Assembly (NCBI RefSeq): GCF_009914755.1
Contig: NC_060948.1
Reading direction: 5' to 3' (one strand)
DNA from: the human T2T-CHM13v2.0 reference genome, Homo sapiens
Length of the DNA stretch: 64,000 bases
Part shown: positions 12,901-27,900 of the stretch, one piece after another
Position numbering within the stretch: position 1 is the stretch's first letter
Layout: every line of letters begins with the position of its first letter
Notes under the pieces: generated by a model
Seen by the model: only the letters and a program-made list of their open reading frames with translations
Database searches by the model: none
What the model was told of the DNA's origin: nothing
Position numbers and translations under genes: made by a program

Positions 12901-15900
12901 GGAAGGGAATGTAGTGTAATGGACAGGCCTGGAATAAAGTGGAATGCTACGGTCTCGAATGGAATAAAAATGTATGGAATGGAATGCAATGAAACGGAAT
13001 CGAATGTCATAGAATGTAATGGAATGCAACAAAATGGAATCCAAAATCATTGACTGGAAAGGCTGGGTGTCGAAAGGAATTGACTCCAATGGAATGGAAT
13101 CGAATGGAATGGAAGTGAATAGAATCGAACTAAATCGAATGGAATGGAATTGATAGGAACGGAATGGAAAGGAATGCAATGATTTGGCATGGAATGGAAT
13201 CGAATGGCATCGAATGGAATGGAATGGAATGCAATGGAATGGAATGTATTAGAATGGAATGAACTTTAATGGAATGTACTCGAATGGATTCGACTGGAAT
13301 GGAATGTTCTGGAAGTGAATGGACTCCAATGGAATGGATTCAAAAGGAATGGAATCGTACGGAATGGAATCTAATGGAATGGAATTAAATGGAAATGAAT
13401 CAAATTGAATAGCACGGAATTGAATTGAATGGAATGGAATGCAATGGAATCTAATGAAACGGAAAGGAAAGGAATGGAATGGAATGGAATGGGCTGGAAT
13501 GGAAAGGAATCGAAACGAATGGAATGGAATCGAACTGAAGAGACTGGAATGGAATGCACTGGAATGGAAGGGAGTGTAATGGAAGGTTCTCGAAAAAAAT
13601 GGAATCGAATGGAATGGAATTGAATGGAACGGAATAGAGTCGAATGGAATTGAATGGAATGGAATGGACTAGAGTGAAATGGAATCGAACCACAAGGAAT
13701 GGACAGGAATAGAATGGTCTCGAATTGAATGGAATCGTATGGAATGGCATCAAACGGAATGGAATGGACAGCCACGGAATGGAATGCACTCGAATGCAAT
13801 GGAGTCGAAACTAATGGACTGGAATAGAATGGACTCGACTGGTACGGACTCCAATGGAATGGAATCGAATGGAAGGGAATCGAACGGAATGGACTCGAAG
13901 GGAAAAGACTGCAATGGAAAGGTCTCGAATGGAATGGAAATTAATGGAATGGAATGGAATCGAATGAAATGGAGTCAAAAGGAATGGAATCGAATGGCAA
14001 GAAATCGAATGTAATGGAATCGCAAGGAATTGATGTGAACGGAACGGAATGGAATGGAATCCAAAGGAATGGAATAGAATGGAATGGAATCGAATGGAAA
14101 GGACTCGAATGGAAATCACTCGAATAGAATGCAATTTAATAAAATAGGATCAAATGTAATGGAATGGAATGGAAAGGAATCGAAACGAAAGGAATGGAGA
14201 CAGATGGAATGGAATGGAACAGAGAGCAATGGTATAGAATGGAATGGAATCATCTGGAATGGAATTGAATGGAATGGAATAATATGAAATGGAATGGAAT
14301 GGAATGGAATGGAATGCCCTTGAATTAAATGGACTGGAATGGAATGGACTCGAACAGAGTGGAATGGAAAGTGTTGAGATAGAATGGAATGGACTCCTTT
14401 GGAATGGTCTAGTATGCAATGCAATCGACTGTCAGGGAATCAAAAGGAATGTAATCGAATGGATTGGACTGGAATGCAATGGACTCGAATAGATTGGAAA
14501 CGGAATGCAAAGGAATGGAATGGAATAGTATGGAATGGAATGGAAAGGAATGGAGTGGAATAGACTAGAGTGGAATGGAATGGACTGGAAAGCAATGGAC
14601 TGGAATGGAACTTTCTTGAATGGACTGGAATCAAACGGAATGGAATGCAATGCAATCAAATGGCATGGAATAAAATAGAATGAAAGAGAATCAAATGGAA
14701 TTGAATCGAATGGAATCGAATGGATTGTAAAGGAATAGAATGGAATGGAATGGAATTGACTCAAATGGAATGGACTAGAATGGAATGGATTCGAATGGAA
14801 GGCAAAGGAATGGAATCTATTGGAATGGACTGTAATGGAATGGAATGGAAGGGATTGGAATGGACTCGAATGGAATGGACTGCAATAGAAAGGATTCGAA
14901 TGGAATGAAAAAGAATTGAATGGAATAGAACAGAATGGAATCAAATCGAATGAAATGGAATGGAATAGAAAGGAATGGAATGAAATGGAATGGAAAGGAT
15001 TCGAATGGAATGCAATCGAATGGAATGGAATCGAACGGAATGGAATAAAATGGAAGAAAACTGGCAAGAAATGGAATCGAAATGAATGGAGTGTTATGGA
15101 ACGGACTCAAAAGGAATTGAATGTAATAGAATGGAGTGGAGTGGACTCGAATATAATGGACTGGAATGGAATGAAATCACATGGAATGGGAACGAATGGA
15201 ATGGAATGGAAAGGAATGGACTCGAATGGAAAGGAATCGAATGGAAGGGAATGAAATTGAATCAACAGGAATGGAAGGGAATAGAATAGACGGTAATGGA
15301 ATGGACTCGAATAGAATGGACACGAATGCTCAAATTGAATGGATTCGAATGGAATGGAAACGAAAGGAATGTCATCGAATGGAATTGAATCGATTGGAAT
15401 GAAATCGCATAGAATGGAGTGGAATCAAATGGAATTGAATCGAAAGGAAAGGAAGCGAATGGACTGAAATGAAATGGAATGGAATTGAATGGAAAGTAAT
15501 GCAATGGAATAGAATGGAACGAAATTTCACGGAATGGAATCAAACTGAATGGAATCAAATCAATGGAATCTAATCAAATGGAATGGAAAGGAATTGAATG
15601 GAGTAGATTGGATTGGATGGGATTGGAATGAAATGTACTGGAAAGGACTCGAATTTCATGAAACGGAATGGAATGAATTGGAACGGAATGGACTCGAATG
15701 GAATGGAATGTCATGGAATGGCATCGAATGGAATGGCATCAAATGGAATGGAATCGAATGCAATGGAATGTTATGGAATGGAATGGAATGCATTGGAATG
15801 GAATGTCCTCTAATGGAATGGATTCGAGTGGAATGGAATCGAATATAATGGAGTCGAATGAAATGGAATTGAAAGGAATGGGATCGAATAGAATGGAATA

Positions 15901-18900
15901 TACTGGAATGTAATGTAATGAACACGAATGTAATTGACTGGAATGGAATGTACATGAATGGAAGGTAATCGAATGGAAAGTAATCCAATGGAATAGAATC
16001 TAATGCAATAAAACCGAATCAGATAGAGTAGAATGTAATGGAATGGAGTGCAGTGCAATGGAATGGAATGGAATTGAATGCAATGGAATGGAATGGAATG
16101 GAATGGAATGGAATGGAATGGAATGGAATGGAATGGTATGGAATGGATAGTAATGGACTGGAGTGAAATGGACTGGAAAGGAATGGACTCAAATTGAAAG
16201 GGCTCGAAAGGAATGGAGTCAAATGGAATGGTCTGGAATGGAATGAACACGAATGTAATGCAATCCAATAGAATGGAATCGAATGGCATGGAATATAAAG
16301 AAATGGAATCGAAGAGAATGGAAACAAATGGAATGGAATTGAATGGAATGGAATTGAATGGAATGGGAACGAATGGAGTGAAATTGTATGCAGTAGAAGG
16401 GAATAGAATGGAATGCAAGCGAAAGGAAAGGAATGGATTGGAATGGAATGGAATTCATTGGAATGGAAGGGAATGTAGTGTAATGGACAGGCCTGGAATA
16501 AAGTGGAATGCTACGGTCTCGAATGGAATAAAAATGTATGGAATGGAATGCAATGAAACGGAATCGAATGTCATAGAATGTAATGGAATGCAACAAAATG
16601 GAATCCAAAATCATTGACTGGAAAGGCTGGGTGTCGAAAGGAATTGACTCCAATGGAATGGAATCGAATGGAATGGAAGTGAATAGAATCGAACTAAATC
16701 GAATGGAATGGAATTGATAGGAACGGAATGGAAAGGAATGCAATGATTTGGCATGGAATGGAATCGAATGGCATCGAATGGAATGGAATGGAATGCAATG
16801 GAATGGAATGTATTAGAATGGAATGAACTTTAATGGAATGTACTCGAATGGATTCGACTGGAATGGAATGTTCTGGAAGTGAATGGACTCCAATGGAATG
16901 GATTCAAAAGGAATGGAATCGTACGGAATGGAATCTAATGGAATGGAATTAAATGGAAATGAATCAAATTGAATAGCACGGAATTGAATTGAATGGAATG
17001 GAATGCAATGGAATCTAATGAAACGGAAAGGAAAGGAATGGAATGGAATGGAATGGGCTGGAATGGAAAGGAATCGAAACGAATGGAATGGAATCGAACT
17101 GAAGAGACTGGAATGGAATGCACTGGAATGGAAGGGAGTGTAATGGAAGGTTCTCGAAAAAAATGGAATCGAATGGAATGGAATTGAATGGAACGGAATA
17201 GAGTCGAATGGAATTGAATGGAATGGAATGGACTAGAGTGAAATGGAATCGAACCACAAGGAATGGACAGGAATAGAATGGTCTCGAATTGAATGGAATC
17301 GTATGGAATGGCATCAAACGGAATGGAATGGACAGCCACGGAATGGAATGCACTCGAATGCAATGGAGTCGAAACTAATGGACTGGAATAGAATGGACTC
17401 GACTGGTACGGACTCCAATGGAATGGAATCGAATGGAAGGGAATCGAACGGAATGGACTCGAAGGGAAAAGACTGCAATGGAAAGGTCTCGAATGGAATG
17501 GAAATTAATGGAATGGAATGGAATCGAATGAAATGGAGTCAAAAGGAATGGAATCGAATGGCAAGAAATCGAATGTAATGGAATCGCAAGGAATTGATGT
17601 GAACGGAACGGAATGGAATGGAATCCAAAGGAATGGAATAGAATGGAATGGAATCGAATGGAAAGGACTCGAATGGAAATCACTCGAATAGAATGCAATT
17701 TAATAAAATAGGATCAAATGTAATGGAATGGAATGGAAAGGAATCGAAACGAAAGGAATGGAGACAGATGGAATGGAATGGAACAGAGAGCAATGGTATA
17801 GAATGGAATGGAATCATCTGGAATGGAATTGAATGGAATGGAATAATATGAAATGGAATGGAATGGAATGGAATGGAATGCCCTTGAATTAAATGGACTG
17901 GAATGGAATGGACTCGAACAGAGTGGAATGGAAAGTGTTGAGATAGAATGGAATGGACTCCTTTGGAATGGTCTAGTATGCAATGCAATCGACTGTCAGG
18001 GAATCAAAAGGAATGTAATCGAATGGATTGGACTGGAATGCAATGGACTCGAATAGATTGGAAACGGAATGCAAAGGAATGGAATGGAATAGTATGGAAT
18101 GGAATGGAAAGGAATGGAGTGGAATAGACTAGAGTGGAATGGAATGGACTGGAAAGCAATGGACTGGAATGGAACTTTCTTGAATGGACTGGAATCAAAC
18201 GGAATGGAATGCAATGCAATCAAATGGCATGGAATAAAATAGAATGAAAGAGAATCAAATGGAATTGAATCGAATGGAATCGAATGGATTGTAAAGGAAT
18301 AGAATGGAATGGAATGGAATTGACTCAAATGGAATGGACTAGAATGGAATGGATTCGAATGGAAGGCAAAGGAATGGAATCTATTGGAATGGACTGTAAT
18401 GGAATGGAATGGAAGGGATTGGAATGGACTCGAATGGAATGGACTGCAATAGAAAGGATTCGAATGGAATGAAAAAGAATTGAATGGAATAGAACAGAAT
18501 GGAATCAAATCGAATGAAATGGAATGGAATAGAAAGGAATGGAATGAAATGGAATGGAAAGGATTCGAATGGAATGCAATCGAATGGAATGGAATCGAAC
18601 GGAATGGAATAAAATGGAAGAAAACTGGCAAGAAATGGAATCGAAATGAATGGAGTGTTATGGAACGGACTCAAAAGGAATTGAATGTAATAGAATGGAG
18701 TGGAGTGGACTCGAATATAATGGACTGGAATGGAATGAAATCACATGGAATGGGAACGAATGGAATGGAATGGAAAGGAATGGACTCGAATGGAAAGGAA
18801 TCGAATGGAAGGGAATGAAATTGAATCAACAGGAATGGAAGGGAATAGAATAGACGGTAATGGAATGGACTCGAATAGAATGGACACGAATGCTCAAATT

Positions 18901-21900
18901 GAATGGATTCGAATGGAATGGAAACGAAAGGAATGTCATCGAATGGAATTGAATCGATTGGAATGAAATCGCATAGAATGGAGTGGAATCAAATGGAATT
19001 GAATCGAAAGGAAAGGAAGCGAATGGACTGAAATGAAATGGAATGGAATTGAATGGAAAGTAATGCAATGGAATAGAATGGAACGAAATTTCACGGAATG
19101 GAATCAAACTGAATGGAATCAAATCAATGGAATCTAATCAAATGGAATGGAAAGGAATTGAATGGAGTAGATTGGATTGGATGGGATTGGAATGAAATGT
19201 ACTGGAAAGGACTCGAATTTCATGAAACGGAATGGAATGAATTGGAACGGAATGGACTCGAATGGAATGGAATGTCATGGAATGGCATCGAATGGAATGG
19301 CATCAAATGGAATGGAATCGAATGCAATGGAATGTTATGGAATGGAATGGAATGCATTGGAATGGAATGTCCTCTAATGGAATGGATTCGAGTGGAATGG
19401 AATCGAATATAATGGAGTCGAATGAAATGGAATTGAAAGGAATGGGATCGAATAGAATGGAATATACTGGAATGTAATGTAATGAACACGAATGTAATTG
19501 ACTGGAATGGAATGTACATGAATGGAAGGTAATCGAATGGAAAGTAATCCAATGGAATAGAATCTAATGCAATAAAACCGAATCAGATAGAGTAGAATGT
19601 AATGGAATGGAGTGCAGTGCAATGGAATGGAATGGAATTGAATGCAATGGAATGGAATGGAATGGAATGGAATGGAATGGAATGGTATGGAAAGGATAGT
19701 AATGGACTGGAGTGAAATGGACTGGAAAGGAATGGACTCAAATTGAAAGGGCTCGAAAGGAATGGAGTCAAATGGAATGGTCTGGAATGGAATGAACACG
19801 AATGTAATGCAATCCAATAGAATGGAATCGAATGGCATGGAATATAAAGAAATGGAATCGAAGAGAATGGAAACAAATGGAATGGAATTGAATGGAATGG
19901 AATTGAATGGAATGGGAACGAATGGAGTGAAATTGTATGCAGTAGAAGGGAATAGAATGGAATGCAAGCGAAAGGAAAGGAATGGATTGGAATGGAATGG
20001 AATTCATTGGAATGGAAGGGAATGTAGTGTAATGGACAGGCCTGGAATAAAGTGGAATGCTACGGTCTCGAATGGAATAAAAATGTATGGAATGGAATGC
20101 AATGAAACGGAATCGAATGTCATAGAATGTAATGGAATGCAACAAAATGGAATCCAAAATCATTGACTGGAAAGGCTGGGTGTCGAAAGGAATTGACTCC
20201 AATGGAATGGAATCGAATGGAATGGAAGTGAATAGAATCGAACTAAATCGAATGGAATGGAATTGATAGGAACGGAATGGAAAGGAATGCAATGATTTGG
20301 CATGGAATGGAATCGAATGGCATCGAATGGAATGGAATGGAATGCAATGGAATGGAATGTATTAGAATGTAATGAACTTTAATGGAATGTACTCGAATGG
20401 ATTCGACTGGAATGGAATGTTCTGGAAGTGAATGGACTCCAATGGAATGGATTCAAAAGGAATGGAATCGTACGGAATGGAATCTAATGGAATGGAATTA
20501 AATGGAAATGAATCAAATTGAATAGCACGGAATTGAATTGAATGGAATGGAATGCAATGGAATCTAATGAAACGGAAAGGAAAGGAATGGAATGGAATGG
20601 AATGGGCTGGAATGGAAAGGAATCGAAACGAATGGAATGGAATCGAACTGAAGAGACTGGAATGGAATGCACTGGAATGGAAGGGAGTGTAATGGAAGGT
20701 TCTCGAAAAAAATGGAATCGAATGGAATGGAATTGAATGGAACGGAATAGAGTCGAATGGAATTGAATGGAATGGAATGGACTAGAGTGAAATGGAATCG
20801 AACCACAAGGAATGGACAGGAATAGAATGGTCTCGAATTGAATGGAATCGTATGGAATGGCATCAAACGGAATGGAATGGACAGCCACGGAATGGAATGC
20901 ACTCGAATGCAATGGAGTCGAAACTAATGGACTGGAATAGAATGGACTCGACTGGTACGGACTCCAATGGAATGGAATCGAATGGAAGGGAATCGAACGG
21001 AATGGACTCGAAGGGAAAAGACTGCAATGGAAAGGTCTCGAATGGAATGGAAATTAATGGAATGGAATGGAATCGAATGAAATGGAGTCAAAAGGAATGG
21101 AATCGAATGGCAAGAAATCGAATGTAATGGAATCGCAAGGAATTGATGTGAACGGAACGGAATGGAATGGAATCCAAAGGAATGGAATAGAATGGAATGG
21201 AATCGAATGGAAAGGACTCGAATGGAAATCACTCGAATAGAATGCAATTTAATAAAATAGGATCAAATGTAATGGAATGGAATGGAAAGGAATCGAAACG
21301 AAAGGAATGGAGACAGATGGAATGGAATGGAACAGAGAGCAATGGTATAGAATGGAATGGAATCATCTGGAATGGAATTGAATGGAATGGAATAATATGA
21401 AATGGAATGGAATGGAATGCCCTTGAATTAAATGGACTGGAATGGAATGGACTCGAACAGAGTGGAATGGAAAGTGTTGAGATAGAATGGAATGGACTCC
21501 TTTGGAATGGTCTAGTATGCAATGCAATCGACTGTCAGGGAATCAAAAGGAAAGTAATCGAATGGATTGGACTGGAATGCAATGGACTCGAATAGATTGG
21601 AAACGGAATGCAAAGGAATGGAATGGAATAGTATGGAATGGAATGGAAAGGAATGGAGTGGAATAGACTAGAGTGGAATGGAATGGACTGGAAAGCAATG
21701 GACTGGAATGGAACTTTCTTGAATGGACTGGAATCAAACGGAATGGAATGCAATGCAATCAAATGGCATGGAATAAAATAGAATGAAAGAGAATCAAATG
21801 GAATTGAATCGAATGGAATCGAATGGATTGTAAAGGAATAGAATGGAATGGAATGGAATTGACTCAAATGGAATGGACTAGAATGGAATGGATTCGAATG

Positions 21901-24900
21901 GAAGGCAAAGGAATGGAATCTATTGGAATGGACTGTAATGGAATGGAATGGAAGGGATTGGAATGGACTCGAATGGAATGGACTGCAATAGAAAGGATTC
22001 GAATGGAATGAAAAAGAATTGAATGGAATAGAACAGAATGGAATCAAATCGAATGAAATGGAATGGAATAGAAAGGAATGGAATGAAATGGAATGGAAAG
22101 GATTCGAATGGAATGCAATCGAATGGAATGGAATCGAACGGAATGGAATAAAATGGAAGAAAACTGGCAAGAAATGGAATCGAAATGAATGGAGTGTTAT
22201 GGAACGGACTCAAAAGGAATTGAATGTAATAGAATGGAGTGGAGTGGACTCGAATATAATGGACTGGAATGGAATGAAATCACATGGAATGGGAACGAAT
22301 GGAATGGAATGGAAAGGAATGGAATCGAATGGAAAGGAATCGAATGGAAGGGAATGAAATTGAATCAACAGGAATGGAAGGGAATAGAATAGACGGTAAT
22401 GGAATGGACTCGAATAGAATGGACACGAATGCTCAAATTGAATGGATTCGAATGGAATGGAAACGAAAGGAATGTCATCGAATGGAATTGAATCGATTGG
22501 AATGAAATCGCATAGAATGGAGTGGAATCAAATGGAATTGAATCGAAAGGAAAGGAAGCGAATGGACTGAAATGAAATGGAATGGAATTGAATGGAAAGT
22601 AATGCAATGGAATAGAATGGAACGAAATTTCACGGAATGGAATCAAACTGAATGGAATCAAATCAATGGAATCTAATCAAATGGAATGGAAAGGAATTGA
22701 ATGGAGTAGATTGGATTGGATGGGATTGGAATGAAATGTACTGGAAAGGACTCGAATTTCATGAAACGGAATGGAATGAATTGGAACGGAATGGACTCGA
22801 ATGGAATGGAATGTCATGGAATGGCATCGAATGGAATGGCATCAAATGGAATGGAATCGAATGCAATGGAATGTTATGGAATGGAATGGAATGCATTGGA
22901 ATGGAATGTCCTCTAATGGAATGGATTCGAGTGGAATGGAATCGAATATAATGGAGTCGAATGAAATGGAATTGAAAGGAATGGGATCGAATAGAATGGA
23001 ATATACTGGAATGTAATGTAATGAACACGAATGTAATTGACTGGAATGGAATGTACATGAATGGAAGGTAATCGAATGGAAAGTAATCCAATGGAATAGA
23101 ATCTAATGCAATAAAACCGAATCAGATAGAGTAGAATGTAATGGAATGGAGTGCAGTGCAATGGAATGGAATGGAATTGAATGCAATGGAATGGAATGGA
23201 ATGGAATGGAATGGAATGGAATGGAATGGTATGGAAAGGATAGTAATGGACTGGAGTGAAATGGACTGGAAAGGAATGGACTCAAATTGAAAGGGCTCGA
23301 AAGGAATGGAGTCAAATGGAATGGTCTGGAATGGAATGAACACGAATGTAATGCAATCCAATAGAATGGAATCGAATGGCATGGAATATAAAGAAATGGA
23401 ATCGAAGAGAATGGAAACAAATGGAATGGAATTGAATGGAATGGAATTGAATGGAATGGGAACGAATGGAGTGAAATTGTATGCAGTAGAAGGGAATAGA
23501 ATGGAATGCAAGCGAAAGGAAAGGAATGGATTGGAATGGAATGGAATTCATTGGAATGGAAGGGAATGTAGTGTAATGGACAGGCCTGGAATAAAGTGGA
23601 ATGCTACGGTCTCGAATGGAATAAAAATGTATGGAATGGAATGCAATGAAACGGAATCGAATGTCATAGAATGTAATGGAATGCAACAAAATGGAATCCA
23701 AAATCATTGACTGGAAAGGCTGGGTGTCGAAAGGAATTGACTCCAATGGAATGGAATCGAATGGAATGGAAGTGAATAGAATCGAACTAAATCGAATGGA
23801 ATGGAATTGATAGGAACGGAATGGAAAGGAATGCAATGATTTGGCATGGAATGGAATCGAATGGCATCGAATGGAATGGAATGGAATGCAATGGAATGGA
23901 ATGTATTAGAATGGAATGAACTTTAATGGAATGTACTCGAATGGATTCGACTGGAATGGAATGTTCTGGAAGTGAATGGACTCCAATGGAATGGATTCAA
24001 AAGGAATGGAATCGTACGGAATGGAATCTAATGGAATGGAATTAAATGGAAATGAATCAAATTGAATAGCACGGAATTGAATTGAATGGAATGGAATGCA
24101 ATGGAATCTAATGAAACGGAAAGGAAAGGAATGGAATGGAATGGAATGGGCTGGAATGGAAAGGAATCGAAACGAATGGAATGGAATCGAACTGAAGAGA
24201 CTGGAATGGAATGCACTGGAATGGAAGGGAGTGTAATGGAAGGTTCTCGAAAAAATGGAATCGAATGGAATGGAATTGAATGGAACGGAATAGAGTCGAA
24301 TGGAATTGAATGGAATGGAATGGACTAGAGTGAAATGGAATCGAACCACAAGGAATGGACAGGAATAGAATGGTCTCGAATTGAATGGAATCGTATGGAA
24401 TGGCATCAAACGGAATGGAATGGACAGCCACGGAATGGAATGCACTCGAATGCAATGGAGTCGAAACTAATGGACTGGAATAGAATGGACTCGACTGGTA
24501 CGGACTCCAATGGAATGGAATCGAATGGAAGGGAATCGAACGGAATGGACTCGAAGGGAAAAGACTGCAATGGAAAGGTCTCGAATGGAATGGAAATTAA
24601 TGGAATGGAATGGAATCGAATGAAATGGAGTCAAAAGGAATGGAATCGAATGGCAAGAAATCGAATGTAATGGAATCGCAAGGAATTGATGTGAACGGAA
24701 CGGAATGGAATGGAATCCAAAGGAATGGAATAGAATGGAATGGAATCGAATGGAAAGGACTCGAATGGAAATCACTCGAATAGAATGCAATTTAATAAAA
24801 TAGGATCAAATGTAATGGAATGGAATGGAAAGGAATCGAAACGAAAGGAATGGAGACAGATGGAATGGAATGGAACAGAGAGCAATGGTATAGAATGGAA

Positions 24901-27900
24901 TGGAATCATCTGGAATGGAATTGAATGGAATGGAATAATATGAAATGGAATGGAATGGAATGGAATGGAATGCCCTTGAATTAAATGGACTGGAATGGAA
25001 TGGACTCGAACAGAGTGGAATGGAAAGTGTTGAGATAGAATGGAATGGACTCCTTTGGAATGGTCTAGTATGCAATGCAATCGACTGTCAGGGAATCAAA
25101 AGGAATGTAATCGAATGGATTGGACTGGAATGCAATGGACTCGAATAGATTGGAAACGGAATGCAAAGGAATGGAATGGAATAGTATGGAATGGAATGGA
25201 AAGGAATGGAGTGGAATAGACTAGAGTGGAATGGAATGGACTGGAAAGCAATGGACTGGAATGGAACTTTCTTGAATGGACTGGAATCAAACGGAATGGA
25301 ATGCAATGCAATCAAATGGCATGGAATAAAATAGAATGAAAGAGAATCAAATGGAATTGAATCGAATGGAATCGAATGGATTGGAAAGGAATAGAATGGA
25401 ATGGAATGGAATTGACTCAAATGGAATGGACTAGAATGGAATGGATTCGAATGGAAGGCAAAGGAATGGAATCTATTGGAATGGACTGTAATGGAATGGA
25501 ATGGAAGGGATTGGAATGGACTCGAATGGAATGGACTGCAATAGAAAGGATTCGAATGGAATGAAAAAGAATTGAATGGAATAGAACAGAATGGAATCAA
25601 ATCGAATGAAATGGAATGGAATAGAAAGGAATGGAATGAAATGGAATGGAAAGGATTCGAATGGAATGCAATCGAATGGAATGGAATCGAACGGAATGGA
25701 ATAAAATGGAAGAAAACTGGCAAGAAATGGAATCGAAATGAATGGAGTGTTATGGAACGGACTCAAAAGGAATTGAATGTAATAGAATGGAGTGGAGTGG
25801 ACTCGAATATAATGGACTGGAATGGAATGAAATCACATGGAATGGGAACGAATGGAATGGAATGGAAAGGAATGGAATCGAATGGAAAGGAATCGAATGG
25901 AAGGGAATGAAATTGAATCAACAGGAATGGAAGGGAATAGAATAGACGGTAATGGAATGGACTCGAATAGAATGGACACGAATGCTCAAATTGAATGGAT
26001 TCGAATGGAATGGAAACGAAAGGAATGTCATCGAATGGAATTGAATCGATTGGAATGAAATCGCATAGAATGGAGTGGAATCAAATGGAATTGAATCGAA
26101 AGGAAAGGAAGCGAATGGACTGAAATGAAATGGAATGGAATTGAATGGAAAGTAATGCAATGGAATAGAATGGAACGAAATTTCACGGAATGGAATCAAA
26201 CTGAATGGAATCAAATCAATGGAATCTAATCAAATGGAATGGAAAGGAATTGAATGGAGTAGATTGGATTGGATGGGATTGGAATGAAATGTACTGGAAA
26301 GGACTCGAATTTCATGAAACGGAATGGAATGAATTGGAACGGAATGGACTCGAATGGAATGGAATGTCATGGAATGGCATCGAATGGAATGGCATCAAAT
26401 GGAATGGAATCGAATGCAATGGAATGTTATGGAATGGAATGGAATGCATTGGAATGGAATGTCCTCTAATGGAATGGATTCGAGTGGAATGGAATCGAAT
26501 ATAATGGAGTCGAATGAAATGGAATTGAAAGGAATGGGATCGAATAGAATGGAATATACTGGAATGTAATGTAATGAACACGAATGTAATTGACTGGAAT
26601 GGAATGTACATGAATGGAAGGTAATCGAATGGAAAGTAATCCAATGGAATAGAATCTAATGCAATAAAACCGAATCAGATAGAGTAGAATGTAATGGAAT
26701 GGAGTGCAGTGCAATGGAATGGAATGGAATTGAATGCAATGGAATGGAATGGAATGGAATGGAATGGAATGGAATGGTATGGAATGGATAGTAATGGACT
26801 GGAGTGAAATGGACTGGAAAGGAATGGACTCAAATTGAAAGGGCTCGAAAGGAATGGAGTCAAATGGAATGGTCTGGAATGGAATGAACACGAATGTAAT
26901 GCAATCCAATAGAATGGAATCGAATGGCATGGAATATAAAGAAATGGAATCGAAGAGAATGGAAACAAATGGAATGGAATTGAATGGAATGGAATTGAAT
27001 GGAATGGGAACGAATGGAGTGAAATTGTATGCAGTAGAAGGGAATAGAATGGAATGCAAGCGAAAGGAAAGGAATGGATTGGAATGGAATGGAATTCATT
27101 GGAATGGAAGGGAATGTAGTGTAATGGACAGGCCTGGAATAAAGTGGAATGCTACGGTCTCGAATGGAATAAAAATGTATGGAATGGAATGCAATGAAAC
27201 GGAATCGAATGTCATAGAATGTAATGGAATGCAACAAAATGGAATCCAAAATCATTGACTGGAAAGGCTGGGTGTCGAAAGGAATTGACTCCAATGGAAT
27301 GGAATCGAATGGAATGGAAGTGAATAGAATCGAACTAAATCGAATGGAATGGAATTGATAGGAACGGAATGGAAAGGAATGCAATGATTTGGCATGGAAT
27401 GGAATCGAATGGCATCGAATGGAATGGAATGGAATGCAATGGAATGGAATGTATTAGAATGGAATGAACTTTAATGGAATGTACTCGAATGGATTCGACT
27501 GGAATGGAATGTTCTGGAAGTGAATGGACTCCAATGGAATGGATTCAAAAGGAATGGAATCGTACGGAATGGAATCTAATGGAATGGAATTAAATGGAAA
27601 TGAATCAAATTGAATAGCACGGAATTGAATTGAATGGAATGGAATGCAATGGAATCTAATGAAACGGAAAGGAAAGGAATGGAATGGAATGGAATGGGCT
27701 GGAATGGAAAGGAATCGAAACGAATGGAATGGAATCGAACTGAAGAGACTGGAATGGAATGCACTGGAATGGAAGGGAGTGTAATGGAAGGTTCTCGAAA
27801 AAAATGGAATCGAATGGAATGGAATTGAATGGAACGGAATAGAGTCGAATGGAATTGAATGGAATGGAATGGACTAGAGTGAAATGGAATCGAACCACAA

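Noticed and set aside
9181-24256. Singleton 1-bp deletions in unit 3 (~9188) and unit 7 (A7>A6, ~24250)
   Set aside because: Each is seen once and lies in a short homopolymer context, so it is indistinguishable from consensus error.
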